From: Octopus sinensis
Lineage: Eukaryota
Reading direction: 5' to 3'
Assembly: GCF_006345805.1 (NCBI RefSeq)
Contig: NC_043004.1
Span: 30,380,001-30,444,000, forward strand
Length of the DNA stretch: 64,000 nt
Shown piece after piece: positions 50,834-64,000 of the stretch. Position 1 is the stretch's first letter. Every line of letters starts with the position of its first letter. A program made the position numbers and the translations under genes. The notes under the pieces were generated by a model. That model made no database searches. It was not told the origin of the DNA and saw only the letters and a list, made by a program, of their open reading frames with translations.

Positions 50834-51046
50834 GGCAGTGAGCTGGCAGAGTCATTAGCACACCAGACAAAATGTTTAGCAGCATTTCATGTCTTTACAT
50901 TCAGAGTTCAAATTCTGATGTAGTTGACTTTACCTTTCATCTGTACAGGACCGATTAAATAAGTACCAGTCAAGCACTAGGGTTGATATGATAACCTAGC
51001 TCTCTTGCCCCCAAATTTCAGGACTTGTACCTATAGCAGAAAAGAT
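50215..51046 (+). mobile_element. Head-to-tail array of four family A SINEs
   Basis: Units start near 50215, 50347, 50569 and 50833, with (TTA)n tails. Confidence 0.85.
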
Positions 51047-51096
51047 CATCATCATCAGCAGCAGAAGCAGCAAAAGTAGTAGTAGTAGTAGTAGTA

Positions 51097-51150
<54 letters not shown>

Positions 51151-52195
51151 CAGTATTGGGTTTAATTTACATTAAAATTTAATGGTTTTCTTATGGACTT
51201 GAAGTAGAATAAGTACACTCACACACAGACACACACACTCACATGCATGTATACGCCTACACACGCACATATACACACACGTATTGATTTGCTAACCACA
51301 AAAAGGCAAAATAAAACAGATCTTGAAGTCAGTGAAACCTCACCAGAACTGAGCGTTTTTCAATAAATTATTTACTGTGGCAGACACAAAGAAGAACAGG
51401 AAAGCAAAATCACATAAACACTTCACGAAAATAATAAAATCAAATTCAACAATTTAATCTTTCCTTTTCTCCTGTCTCCCCACCACTACCATCACCACCG
51501 TCGTTACCACCATCACCACCATCACCACCACCACCATCCAACTATTCATAACAAGAATGTGTAACATATATTATTAATATCTCTCAATACAATATCTCAA
51601 TATTTCAACAATTGAGCAAAAGACAAAAAACTTCAATTGACAAGGCTTTCTTAACATTAACTTTTAGATATTAACAATTGGTGATATTAGGTGCATAATG
51701 GCAATTTTAAGCAAACTGGCATAAAATCAGGGAATATTTGACAAAGCAACATGAAACATTATCGGCTGATTGTAATGACGAGGAACAAAGCAACATGACA
51801 GTTACGCGTCTTGTAGAAAAGACTTGCTTAAATTAGAAGGAAAACTGAAAAATATTGGAAATCATTATCAAATTTGACTTGTTAATCAGCTATCAACTGC
51901 TTAAATCTATGCCAGCTAAAATGTCTACACAAATAAGAAGAGAACAGAAGTGGGTTTGGAAGGGAGGCACTGAATAAAATAAAATGAAATAAAAAAATAA
52001 ATTGAATGAAAAGTTGTTGTTTTTTTTTTTATATAGTTAAATTGGTTTTGTGTTGTACAATGTATTTTGATTACTCACAGAAAAATATAGGGAAATGAAA
52101 AAGAAAGAGAAAAATAAAAGAAATTTATTCTTAGAACAAATTCTTTGAATGAAAGATAGGGGAGAGAGAAAAAAACTAAATGTGCCACCATCACC

Positions 52196-52246
<51 letters not shown>

Positions 52247-52439
52247 AACAACAACAACAACAAAAATCAGCGACATCAAAAACAAGAACAATAACAGCAA
52301 CAACACTAACAATAACAACAATAACAAGTAAAAGACTGATTAGAACCTTATAAATTCTGTAAACATTTGAAAATTGCTGCTTTGAAAAAATTCAACAGAT
52401 TTTGAGAAATAACCCAGTAAAATATATTACAACAGTGAT

Positions 52440-53400
52440 GATGGTGATGTACGCTCTACCCAGTGTAAGAGATATAGCGGAATCACTAGCAGACTAACGG
52501 AGAATGTGGGCTTTCTATGTGACAGATGCACTGGAGTAGGATGTATTATGAGCACATCAGAAATAAACTTTCTTAAATGTCTGGATGGCATTTTATAGCT
52601 TTTGCTACCAAAATGTAATTAGCAAGTGAGGTAGTTGCTTTGAAAGTTAAGTAATCAGAGTAAGACTGGGTTGGAGAAAGTTCACCTACTGCTGCTGTTG
52701 GCAACAAAGGTCTTTTCCCTCAAAGTAAAGAGCAAGTTGTTTGATGCTTAGGTTAGAATTGCAATACTGCTTAAGTAATAAAGTAATAAAGTAATAAGAT
52801 ATGGGCTTTGAATGCAAAGAACTTGAGAATAAAGGAAACAAATGATGTGAGCCTGCTTTGTTGGTGATCACTTATAAGCTTTAAGCTTATAAAATACATA
52901 CATACATACATACATACATACATACATACATACATACATACATACATACATACATACATACATACATACATTCATACAGACATACATATATATATATATT
53001 TAATTAAATATGTTTTTTGTACAATATAATCGATTTATCCATCAATAAAAAAAAAACATGCCTGAAATAGCTGTAGTGGACCCTAAGGAAATTGTGCTCT
53101 TTCTTTACAAGCAATGTAAGTGTGCATGAATATCATAGTACAAACATACTGAGAGAAAAACTGGGCATAACTGGAATCAGATATAGCGTGCAAGAAAGAA
53201 AACTCCACTGGTATGGACATGGAATGTGTATAGAGGACAATTGTATAAAGAAGTGCCAATCACTTAATGTGTATTGAGGTTGTAGAAAAGGAAGACCTGA
53301 GAAGACATGGGATTCAGTGGTGAAGGCTGACTTCAGACCCTTGAGACTCACAGAGTAGATGACAAAGAATCAGGATCAGTGGAGATATGCAGTTCTCGAG
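52440..53400 (+). pseudogene. RTE LINE 3' fragment, interrupted at ~52862-53113
   Basis: RVRLGWRKF..LLLLATKVFSLKVK; LREKLGITGIRYSVQERKLHWYGH..GRPEKTW; homologous to 19400-20080. Confidence 0.8.
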
Positions 53401-53504
53401 ACAACCAGCTTGCCTTGACAAATTGATTCTGGAAACACAGCTCCAATTTCTTCCTCAAGACACCTCCATCATTCACCATCTCTCTAACTTTAGCCCTTCT
53501 TTGG

Positions 53505-53880
53505 AAAACACTTGCCCAAGGTTTTCATGCAGTGGACTGAATCTGAAACCACATGGTTGGGAAGCAAGCGTCTTAACCATACAACCATGCCTGTGCATAT
53601 ATATATATCATCTTCATTGTCATCATAATCCTTTAATGTCCATTTTCTGGCATGGGTTGGATGATATGACCAGAGTAGGTAAGCTGGGGGGCTGCAAAAG
53701 ATGCCAATCTGATTTGGCATGGTTTGTATGGCTGGATGCCCTTCCTAATACCAACCACTATACAGAGTGTGTTAGATGCTTTTACATGGCACTGCACAGA
53801 CGCTTTTATGTCACACCACAGGTTTGGTCTTAACACTTCTGCTGTGAGGTATAGGTCTTCTTGAGTACGGCCAGGTGCCA
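53505..53880 (-). mobile_element. Family B SINE head followed by a family C SINE
   Basis: ACACTTGCCCAAGG..GAAACCACATGGTT; then GGCTGGATGCCCTTCCTAATACC. Confidence 0.7.
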
Positions 53881-53950
53881 GGTATGTATATAAAAATATA
53901 TATGTATATATATATATATATATACGTACACACATCTATATATAATACAT

Positions 53951-53996
<46 letters not shown>

Positions 53997-54783
53997 TATA
54001 TATATATATATATACATATACATATGCATATATATATATATGTGTATGTGTGTGTGTGTGTGTGGAGAGAGAGAGAGAGTGGGTGAGAGGGTACTGGAGA
54101 ATTTCTTCATAGATTATCTAATTACATTAACTTACAGGTTCCATTTACAATAATATCCATGAAACATTTGAACAAATTCTCTTGTCTGTTTTTGTCCTGT
54201 ATGTACTAAGTGATCATTCTAAGAATTGGGACCAGTGAAAGATAAAATGGACTACAATGCACCAGTTCTCTTTGAAGTTTTGTCTTGATTCATAAGGATG
54301 TGCAGGGAGTTCTAAATATCAGTTAGATATCATGCAAGATAAGTTTTAAATAAGTCAATATAATCATAAAAAAGGGTGTGTATGTGTGTATAAAGATGTG
54401 TGTGCATGTACGTGTGTTTGAGTGTGTGTTTGTATATATATATACATACATACAAACATACATATATCTGCAATGGTCTTTTGGAAAGTTGTGTCAATTT
54501 TTACGATCCAGTAAATAATAATAATAATATTTCATAAGCTATAAGCCCTCAATGGAAAAAAATATGGAAAACCCTCCTTTTTCTGTCAAGGCTTATATGC
54601 CCCGATATGGTGATCCCTTATAAGCTTTAAGCTTATAAAATACACACACATATATATAATTAATTAATTTCACCTAAAGGAAATTTTTTTTTTTGCATGA
54701 TATAATTGATTTATCCATCAATAAAAAAAAACATCTGAAATAGCTGTAGAGAACCCCAAGGAATTTATGTTCTTTCTTCACAA

Positions 54784-54830
<47 letters not shown>

Positions 54831-57099
54831 ACACACACACACACACACACCACACACACACTACTTAAGTTTCAACAATTAATTAATCTTCCCTCTCATC
54901 CAAGAAATGGAAATGGTTTCTCTCTTTGACATTGCAACTAAGTTTTAGACCACCAACTTACAGGCACTTCTACACAGTTTCTGTCAACCAAATTTAATAT
55001 GGTGATGATGTTCCAAGGTAAGATGTACTGGTTTATTGATTGTATCTAGGTTGGTACCCCACTGCAGTCCTAACATCAAATACCACTGAGATTTTCACTA
55101 AAATGTGTATATCTGTAGTGTACTAGAGTGGTGTATAAATACACTCTAATTCTCACATATGAACTTACACTGTATAAGCTAATAATAACAACAAATATGG
55201 AGTACTGTTTGCTATCGTTCTTGAGGTTTAGTACCAGGTCAAGCTTTGATCACAAGTTAGTACACATATGATGAAAGATAAGTTAGTGCTGACCATCTTA
55301 TCAGGTATATTTTCCTACATGTAGTGTAGCTCAGATTTTGTTATCCAACATGTCTTCCTCCTTTGTAAGATGATAGGGTGTTAATTAGAGAGGAACTGGT
55401 TGTTATTTCTAGCAGCTTAAACAACCACGTAGATTCTCCCTCATTTGCTTGTAACTCCCTTAAACTAAATAATAATTATGTAACAATATTTAGATCTAAT
55501 TAAGTAAAGGTATTCTCAGAAATTATAATGACTTAATATAAGGCTTCACAAACTGTTTAATGATTAGTGAAACCAATTACTGTAGATTTGTTTCTTGTTT
55601 GGAATTCTTTTCCTTCCATTTTGAATTAGAATGCATTATTTGATTTTTTAGATTTTATAACTAGTTTTATTATTATTATTTTTCTTTTTTACATTTCCAT
55701 ATTGTTGAAGCAAGGATATTCACAGTTGGAAGTCATTTCTACTGATACTCTCCTTAAGTTTATCCTCATAATATTCCACTACATAAAGTTCACACTCAAT
55801 ATTCAATCATGTTAATGTCATTCACAAGAGTCCAACCATTTCACTTCTTCCTTGCAATAGTTGATGATGACAACAGTTTCTGCCACCACTGCAACCACCA
55901 TCACTACTTCTGCCATCTTCACCTCAAAGCTACAACAGCCACTACAACCATATATCTCCTAATCATTGTGTTTCACTGTACTTTATTCATTTCTCTTACT
56001 AATGAGATGTTTAAGAAAATCATTGATTAACAAGACAATACACAGAAATATCCATAAACACACTGATATCAATTTAGTATTTATGTTGATTATAACATTG
56101 ATTTAGTGGAGATAGTGACATATTTAATCTCCTTACATAACAACTGGACATCTTGTCCTTGATGTTGTCTTTATATTGACCCCTAATACAAGGAGACCAA
56201 TTTACATGATTCAACAATCCACCTATAACACTTGATGTTGTGCCATTTCAACAAACATTATTTTGATGAAAAGCAGAGGAGCGAATGTTTTTCATTAGAG
56301 GAAAGAAAACATCAAAATAGAATAACTTGTTTAAAAAGCCCCATCTAAACGATGCATTCTTGGCATTCTTGAATATTTCAACTTCTTAATGTTCAAATTT
56401 TGTAACAACCCTCCCCAGGCAAAAAAAAAAATGAATAAATAAAATAAAATAAACACCAGTGATTTAGAAAAGATATCTGACTGTGCTTCTATGTTTTAGT
56501 CACATTTTGAGTTATAACCAGCTTTTTTTATTAAAAAAACTCAGTCTTACAAAATGGGCAGTTTTTATCCAGCAGAGCAGCTCCTACAAAACCATCATCC
56601 AAAATGTGAAGACTTTACAGACACATAACAGTTTGCAAACTGTTTTATTACTTGTATTGCAGTTTGATGCCATTGAGACCTTGCCAAAAGGTTCTTCACT
56701 AACTCTGTGAAGCCCTCTTTTGTACCACTTCTGAATCATAATGGTTCTGTATGTAGTACCTGTCTGAAAATGAACCTACATTTATGACTCAGTTTATGTC
56801 CAACTTCACACAGTACACACAGGTCAATTTTTCCCTAACTATCTTTTTCCTCTCCACCACTTACACATTTATACCCCAAAAGAACTCCAGTTGCTTCAAA
56901 TCAACAAGGCACCCCACCTCCAATCCTGAATATGTCCCTTTCATTACTCAGAGTTAGTCCTTATCCTTGTCACCTTCATCATGCTCTCCCTCTTCAATGT
57001 AATCAGTGGTGGTCAGGTTTCATGTCCATCGATGAATGATAGCAGCGATAGTAATTCAACTCCCTTCTCTCATTTGATGACAGATGCTCCGTTGCAGAA

Positions 57100-57955
57100 A
57101 CTTCTGATCAAAAATGCTGATTTCCTTTGACATGGCATAACCTAGACATCATTGTTGATGCCAGTATGTCTTGAGTATGTTGTGGATAAATACAAACTAC
57201 AAATTAGTAGGTTTGAGTCCAAAGCCATGGCATGCTCTGACTATAAAATACATAAGATATTCTATGCATGGTCAATCTGTCTCTCACCTTATGGATCAGG
57301 GGATTCCTATTGATGGAGTTGACCCTGATCCACACTTTATCCCATCTAGTGTCCTCAATGACACTTTCACTTTCATTTACTTCTATACACAGTTTCTATA
57401 CCTACTTCAGCTTCTGCATCAGAGCTTTATCCATTTCCAGACAAAATACTTCATACCAAACCTGCTCCTAACAACTACCAATCTTCAATTAAAGTTCAGC
57501 TGGGGCCTCATATCTATCTACTGGTCCCATATCTATAACCTTGTTGCTGTTACTTGAGTTGAGACTCACAATGGAGTACTGGTTCTATAGTTGAGACATT
57601 GCTGCCATTACATACACAGACATCCTTGACCATACCCCTCAAAGGAGTCACCTAACTGAGGCATTAAGTCACTCATAAATACTGACCCACAGATGTGTTG
57701 TAACCCTTTTCTGTCTTTACTGCCGCTATTACAGTTGCCTCTGCTCCAAGGGGCTGGCTGTTCTCATGCCACCACCACTCAGACAATCCCAATTCACTCA
57801 TCCCTACCACTACATATCTATCTTGGGTCCACATACTAACCAAAATACTTGGCCTTCCCTTCTAGAACACCAACTTTCTGTAATGTCCACCTTTTACCTG
57901 CAGTAGTAAATTTACAATCATTCAAAAGGCAAGTTAATAAGATCGATCTCACTCA
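57100..57955 (+). pseudogene. Highly decayed CR1-group LINE 3' end
   Basis: FPSRTPTFCNVHLLPAVVNLQSFKRQVNKIDL resembles the CR1-group terminus 'FFPRT..LWN.LP..FP..NLQ.FK..VN'. Confidence 0.55.
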
Positions 57956-58615
57956 TTGTGGAAGGCTTTCAAAGACCTTGGACACTGCCACTCACCTCAT
58001 CCAGGCCAAAATAATAAAAGGGAAGGAAAAAATCCACTCTGTTTCTATACATTTTACTTTGCATCAACAAGTTTTACCAGATAAATACCAGTGATATTCC
58101 CATCATTGACATCTCATTCTATTGATTCTATTGAATTTATGTTTGAAGAAGGCTGTATCAGCATATTTGTAACCTCACAGAATGCTGACATTGAGGACAA
58201 GTGAATTAATACGATATTGATATATTGATAAAAATCAATTAATGATCATCTGCCGGAAATATTGTTTTTACGCCAAAAGAAGAAATCAATATTTCTTTAA
58301 AGAAAATAAAAGTTTGGTAAAAAGAAATATAAAGGCAGCATTTTGAAAGTTTTAGTTCTATATTATTCTAAGTTCAAATACAGATGAGGGTGAATCAATA
58401 TATATACCTCCTAGGTTGATAAAATAAATAACAGTTACATAATGTATATAATAACAATTCTGTTATATATATATATATACATGTATGTGTGTGTGTGCAT
58501 GCATGTGTGTGTCAATTTTTCTCTCTCTCTTTCTCTGTGTATATATATATATATACACATACATACATACATACATACATACATACATACATACAGACAT
58601 GCATACATACATACA

Positions 58616-58651
<36 letters not shown>

Positions 58652-58739
58652 TATATAGTAAACAAAAATGGATAGTTTAAAACATCATTACATGCATTTC
58701 TATAGCATGGTTTAATTAAAATATGATTTCAATAAATAT

Positions 58740-59060
58740 CATCATTATCATAGTCATTTAACATCCATTTTTCATGCTGGCATGTGTTGTATGATTTGAC
58801 AGGTGATGACAAGGCTGGAAGCTGTACCAGGCTCCATTGTCTGTTTTGATTTGGTTTCTACAGCTGGATGCCCTTCCTAACGCCAACCAATTTACAGAGA
58901 GTACCAGACACTTTTTATGTGGCACCAGCACCAATAGCAAGTAACTCGCAAGACAAAAGCCCCTCACCTGGGAGGGGAATAGTATTTAGTGGGGGTGTTT
59001 TGTACCAGTTGATGAGAGATTAAAAGTAGATAGGGACAGAGATAGGTGTCTTGCTGTGGA
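58740..59060 (-). mobile_element. Family C SINE
   Basis: CATTTAACATCCATTTTTCATGCTGGCATG..CAGCTGGATGCCCTTCCTAACGCC. Confidence 0.75.
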
Positions 59061-60109
59061 GTTAATAAATGGAAAAGAAAGAGAAAAGAGAGTGAGATGG
59101 AGAGTAAGAAAAAGAGGGAAGGTGTGTCAGAGTGTAAGATAAAGAGAGCGATAATAAAAGAGGTGGCGGGGAAGTTGTGTTGGGACATATTGTCAAGGAA
59201 CATTGGGTAGGGGGATGCCATGCATTACATCAAGTGATATTCTGTCAAATATTTGACAGAATATTACCTGATTAGATGGATGAAGTATATTAAATGGATG
59301 TGTGTATATATGTGTGTGTGCATGTATATGTGTGTGTGTATGCATGTATATGTGTATGCATGTGTGTGTGCACATGTGTGTGTGTTTGTGTTTCCCTGAC
59401 TTGACATCTTGCATTTGATATAAAAAGAGCATCACCATCATACATGTGATACCATTCATTTCCAGTCTCTCACAAAAACATGTCCCACCACTGGTAAATA
59501 CATCTTTGCTTGAAAACAGGTGGGACTTTGCAACAGGGATTTGCATCTGGTTGCATAAAAAAACCTGCCTTCACAAATTTCATCTGACTCATGTAAACAT
59601 GTAAAAGTGAATGTTAAAACAATGGTGTGATGATAATGATGATGCTGATGCAGATGTTGATGATGATGATGTATATATATTTAAAAAGTGGGGTACAGTG
59701 AAATGTGACATACAATCTAAAATCGAGGTCAATTCTGGTTTCAATACTCCACTCCAGTATTCAGTGCAGCACAATGCAGAGCATCAAGCATGGGATAGGT
59801 GTGTATGAGACAAATAATGGAAACAATGATAATAAGCAGAAAACAGGCATGGCAGTCAATGCATTAGAGGACACACATGCATTTCAGCATAATGCCAAAA
59901 TAATTAGATTACAGTTATAGAAACATTATGCGATCATGCACTTTACCACATCAGTGCCCTGCTATGTTTACTGCAAGATACCAATGAAGTAAAGTGCTTT
60001 AGTGAGTAATGTTTTTGCAACTGTTATGTAATGATGTTGATATTTTAGTGAAACATGTGTATGTCCCACAAAGCATTGAATACCATCCCTGTTTTCTGCT
60101 TATATATAT

Positions 60110-60505
60110 AGTGAAGCCAAGTGAAATTGTTGTCATGGCTGATGCCAGTGTCACATACCTGGCACTTGAGCCAGTGGCACATAATAAGCACTCTTCAAAC
60201 TTTGGATCAAACAGAGGCAGTGACAAGTGACCAAGACCTTTGGCAATATATTGTGCTTGAGAAGACCTGCCAAACCAAGTAAGATTGTAGTTGTGACCAA
60301 TGCTGGTGTTTCGTAACTGGCACTCATGCTGGTGTCATGTAAAAAGAACTTACTACACACGTGACATTAGGAAGGGCATCCAGCTGTGGAAACCTTGCCA
60401 AATCAGATTGAAACCTGGTGCAGCTCCTCAGCTAACCAGTTTTTCAGTCAAACCGTCCAACTCATGCCAGCATGAAAAATGGACGTGAAATGATGATGAT
60501 GATGA
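60110..60505 (+). mobile_element. Family C SINE/RTE-type tail
   Basis: CATTAGGAAGGGCATCCAGCTG..CCAGCATGAAAAATGGACGTGAAATGATGATG. Confidence 0.75.
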
Positions 60506-60521
60506 TATATATGTATGTAAA

Positions 60522-60563
<42 letters not shown>

Positions 60564-60705
60564 TGGATACATAGATAGACAGACATAGATGTGTGCATGT
60601 GTACATATGTTGTATGTATGATGCATGTATACACATACATGCATACACACACACAAGTGTATGTGTGTGAGTGTATATGTGTACATATATATATGTATGT
60701 ATATA

Positions 60706-60790
<85 letters not shown>

Positions 60791-61264
60791 TGCAGATGTT
60801 GGTTTTGTGAGCTGAGTAAAAGTCATCCATATTTCTTTGAAAATCCATTCTTTCTCTCTAGTCATATCTTATTGAAATGATAAAAAACAGACATATCTAA
60901 AATATATCTGTAATTTATCAAAACTGATAAAATACAAATATTATTCTGCAACTGCAATAAATTTGAGCTTCACAGATAAACATGTTTTTCATTTTTGCAA
61001 AGGTAAGACACACACACACGCACACACGAGATACATACATACATACATACATATTGTAAGTACTAAAAATAAATTGGAAGTTTACTTTTAAAAAATTAAG
61101 ATTACTGCATAAAATATCATTGAGGCAAAAAAAAAAGGAAGTATACATTATGATGTTCAATTATTTAACACATACTCACTCACTCACTCTCATATACAAC
61201 ACACACATATGTACATACATAAATATACACATGCATATATAAATACACATAGATATGTTACTTT

Positions 61265-61462
61265 TATTGGCTTCAAATTTCGGCACAAGGCCAGCAATTT
61301 CGGGGAAGGAGATAAGTCAGTTAGATCGATCCCCGTGCTCAACTGGTACTTATTTTATCGACCCCAGAAAGATGAAAGGCAAAGTCGACCTTGGTAGAAT
61401 TTGAACAGAAAGCTGCTAAGCATTTTGCCCAGCATGTTAATGGTTCCACCAGTTTGCTGCCT
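61265..61462 (-). mobile_element. Family A SINE
   Basis: GCTTCAAATTTCGGCACAAGGCC..GATGAAAGGCAAAGTCGACC. Confidence 0.8.
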
Positions 61463-62432
61463 TACAATATGTTACTTATGTCGAGAAAAATATCATTGCA
61501 CTGTATCCTCATTAACCATGAGCAGACCTCAGATGGAACTAACCAAACATTCTCCAGTTTTTGAGTTCAACAGTCTCCAAGAGTCCCTTCTCACAAAAGG
61601 ACATCCTTAGAATAGCTAAGACTGCATCCCAACAACTTGTCTATCCTATCAGCATTAGAAGATACTTCAGTCTCTTACAATTATCGATACTCTACAAAGC
61701 TCTCTGAAGGCCCAGGTGATGGGGGTGGCGATCAGAGACTGTATGGTAGCCTAATGTTCTGGAGCAAGTAATTCAGTTGTGCAGTCAACTGGATTGACTT
61801 ATGAGTAGCTGTAATTTTCAAGCAGAATCTTATGAGTAGAGTAGCTGTAATTTTCAAGCAGAATCACTGAGACAATATCTGACAAGGCTGTACCATTGAA
61901 TTACAATTCGTCTGATGGGCTTCTATACAATTTCCATCAACAGACTTTCACTCACAAGCAATGGGCTGAACTGAGGCTATAGAAAATGATATTTGCTCAT
62001 GAAGCCTCTCGGTGGGATTAAACCCAAGATTTCACAGTTGCAAAGCAAACTTCTTAACCATTTGGCCATACTGCTCCAACACACACACATTCACGTGTGT
62101 GTGTGTGTGTGTGTGTGTGTACACATGCATATTTATAATGGTGTGTCTTCTCTTTCACACTGTTGATCTAAGTGACATGGTATTTATACCTCTCAGAAAT
62201 AAAGAGTCTGGCATCTTATATATATATATATATATATTTCTTTTTTTTTCCACATGTATAACCATACTATCAAATTACCTTTGGAGATGGAATTAACAGG
62301 TGGTAGTGAACAGAGGATCATAGGAGCTTTTAAAAGTGCATTATGAGGCTTTTGCTCAAACAAAATTAAATGGATATCTGTATGTGTGTGTGTGTGTATA
62401 TATATATATATTATATATATATATATATATAC

Positions 62433-62469
<37 letters not shown>

Positions 62470-63019
62470 TAGATAGATAGATAGATCGGTAGGTAGACAG
62501 ATATTTATTCATTTATGTATATGTCTCTATATATCCATCTAGCTCAATGTATATATTTGTGTGTGTAAGTGTGTATATATACTCTCTCATACATGTACAT
62601 GTATAAAGAGTGATACAGAGAAAGCGAAGTAAAGAGTCTTATTATAGACATTTACACAAATACATACATAGAATGATGGATAAACTCTATAGATACATAT
62701 ACAGACAGTGACAGAAGCGGATCTAGAAACCGTTGGACTGACAAATGGAAAATTGTATAGAATAGATTGAAAGAGAAAATAAATGTTTCATGTTTATCAC
62801 AAAACATGTACAGTTTAATGGACTGATGGCCAAACAGACTGATTGTGCGGTGTCTCTCAGGCTTAATTTACCTGGTTAATAATGTGATGGAAAGAGAGAT
62901 ACATGGTGCTCTATTGAAAAAAGCATACAACTGCCTATATTGACAGAGAAGTTGAGAGGAATCGATTAGTCAATGTTGATTATGATCACAGTATCTACCT
63001 ATCACCATATATATTTAAT

Positions 63020-63058
<39 letters not shown>

Positions 63059-63100
63059 GTTGAACGATGAGAATGTTGAACAGTGTTGAGTACATATATA

Positions 63101-63155
<55 letters not shown>

Positions 63156-63558
63156 AAAATAAGGAAAGGTAGAAAATGCCAAAATAATTTTATCATGAAA
63201 TACATATTGAAACAGTTATGTACTGTTAGTACTGGTTTCAGTCTTTTCGACTTTTTCAGCTAAGAGTGCAACAAAGGTGGATATTAATCAAGTAGAAAAA
63301 CAATTAAATTGAAGAAAAAAATTAAATGAAATATTTTGTAAGTGTTTCCATGTTCTTCAAATAAGTAGGACATTTTCATTTTTTCTGTTTCTCTCTCTCT
63401 TTTTACCTTTGTGAAGGCTCAGTAGGTAGTAGCAGATTTGAAAAAATAGTGTTTATGAGTGCAGAGAAATATTTGGTTCTGAAGTTTGATGGTAGAGCAG
63501 CAGCAGCAGCAGAATAATAATAATAAGAAGATTGGTGTAGACTTTTTAGTCTACACCA

Positions 63559-63930
63559 AAAGTTTGCAAAATTTGGGTATTTTAGCCAATCAGGAGCAAG
63601 TATTTTACACATCACTGTGAAGTTCTGTTAGCATAGTAAGCAACAAAGCACCAAGAGTTCCATAGCTGATCGCGAAGAACTCTGTTTCCATAGTAACCAA
63701 AAATATTGCACATGCACACAAAGAGTATAGCCACCACATGATCTATAATTGCTTGTTTCCATAAGAGTAGGAATTCGATTCAAGAACGTTTTTCACTGTT
63801 TACTGTAGCTAGTTTAATGTTTTGACATGCTGGTGTCCCCACTCTTTCACGCTATTGTGATAGGTGATGGAAGAGGCAGTGAACATGCTGTTTTCTGATT
63901 GGCTGAAAATTCTGAAAATTATCAAACTTT
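63559..63930. mobile_element. Probable non-autonomous DNA element with ~35-bp inverted repeats
   Basis: AAAGTTTGCAAAATTTGGGTATTTTAGCCAATCAG (63559-63593) versus the reverse complement of 63895-63930; may extend past the window end. Confidence 0.5.
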
Positions 63931-64000
63931 GAACACCTATATCAGTTTCGCTAAAATTTTTCTGAAATAAATTAATAGCAAATTTGGATTCAGCATCAAA

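Noticed and set aside
131-63615. Numerous track ORFs (YIYI, HTHT, poly-V/T/I/H)
   Set aside because: Translations of di-, tri- and tetranucleotide microsatellites or SINEs; no domain signal
1-64000. Conserved bilaterian miRNAs, snRNAs or rRNA
   Set aside because: None recognised by eye; lineage-specific miRNAs cannot be excluded without small-RNA data

Overview
AT-rich eukaryotic DNA, dense in microsatellites. The SINE families are the type abundant in octopus (coleoid cephalopod) genomes; this is recognition by eye, not a database result. I see no intact protein-coding gene, tRNA or rRNA. Nearly all track ORFs are read-throughs of simple repeats or SINEs, so the window is probably a large intron or intergenic tract. 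It holds decayed retroelements: RTE, CR1-like, L1/Tx1-like, R4/Dong and a Penelope-like GIY-YIG fragment. It also holds four SINE families, MITEs, several minisatellites, and an old ~23-bp satellite spanning ~13.7-27.3 kb that is pierced by nested insertions. The most notable signal not in the ORF track is a set of about six hammerhead-ribozyme-like folds in unrelated sequence contexts. One lies in the Penelope 3' end. Two recur with a 333-bp period in a tandem array that resembles a non-LTR retrozyme. Every copy carries core or stem substitutions, often CpG-type, so these copies are probably inactive but point to active families elsewhere in the genome. Repeat boundaries are approximate.
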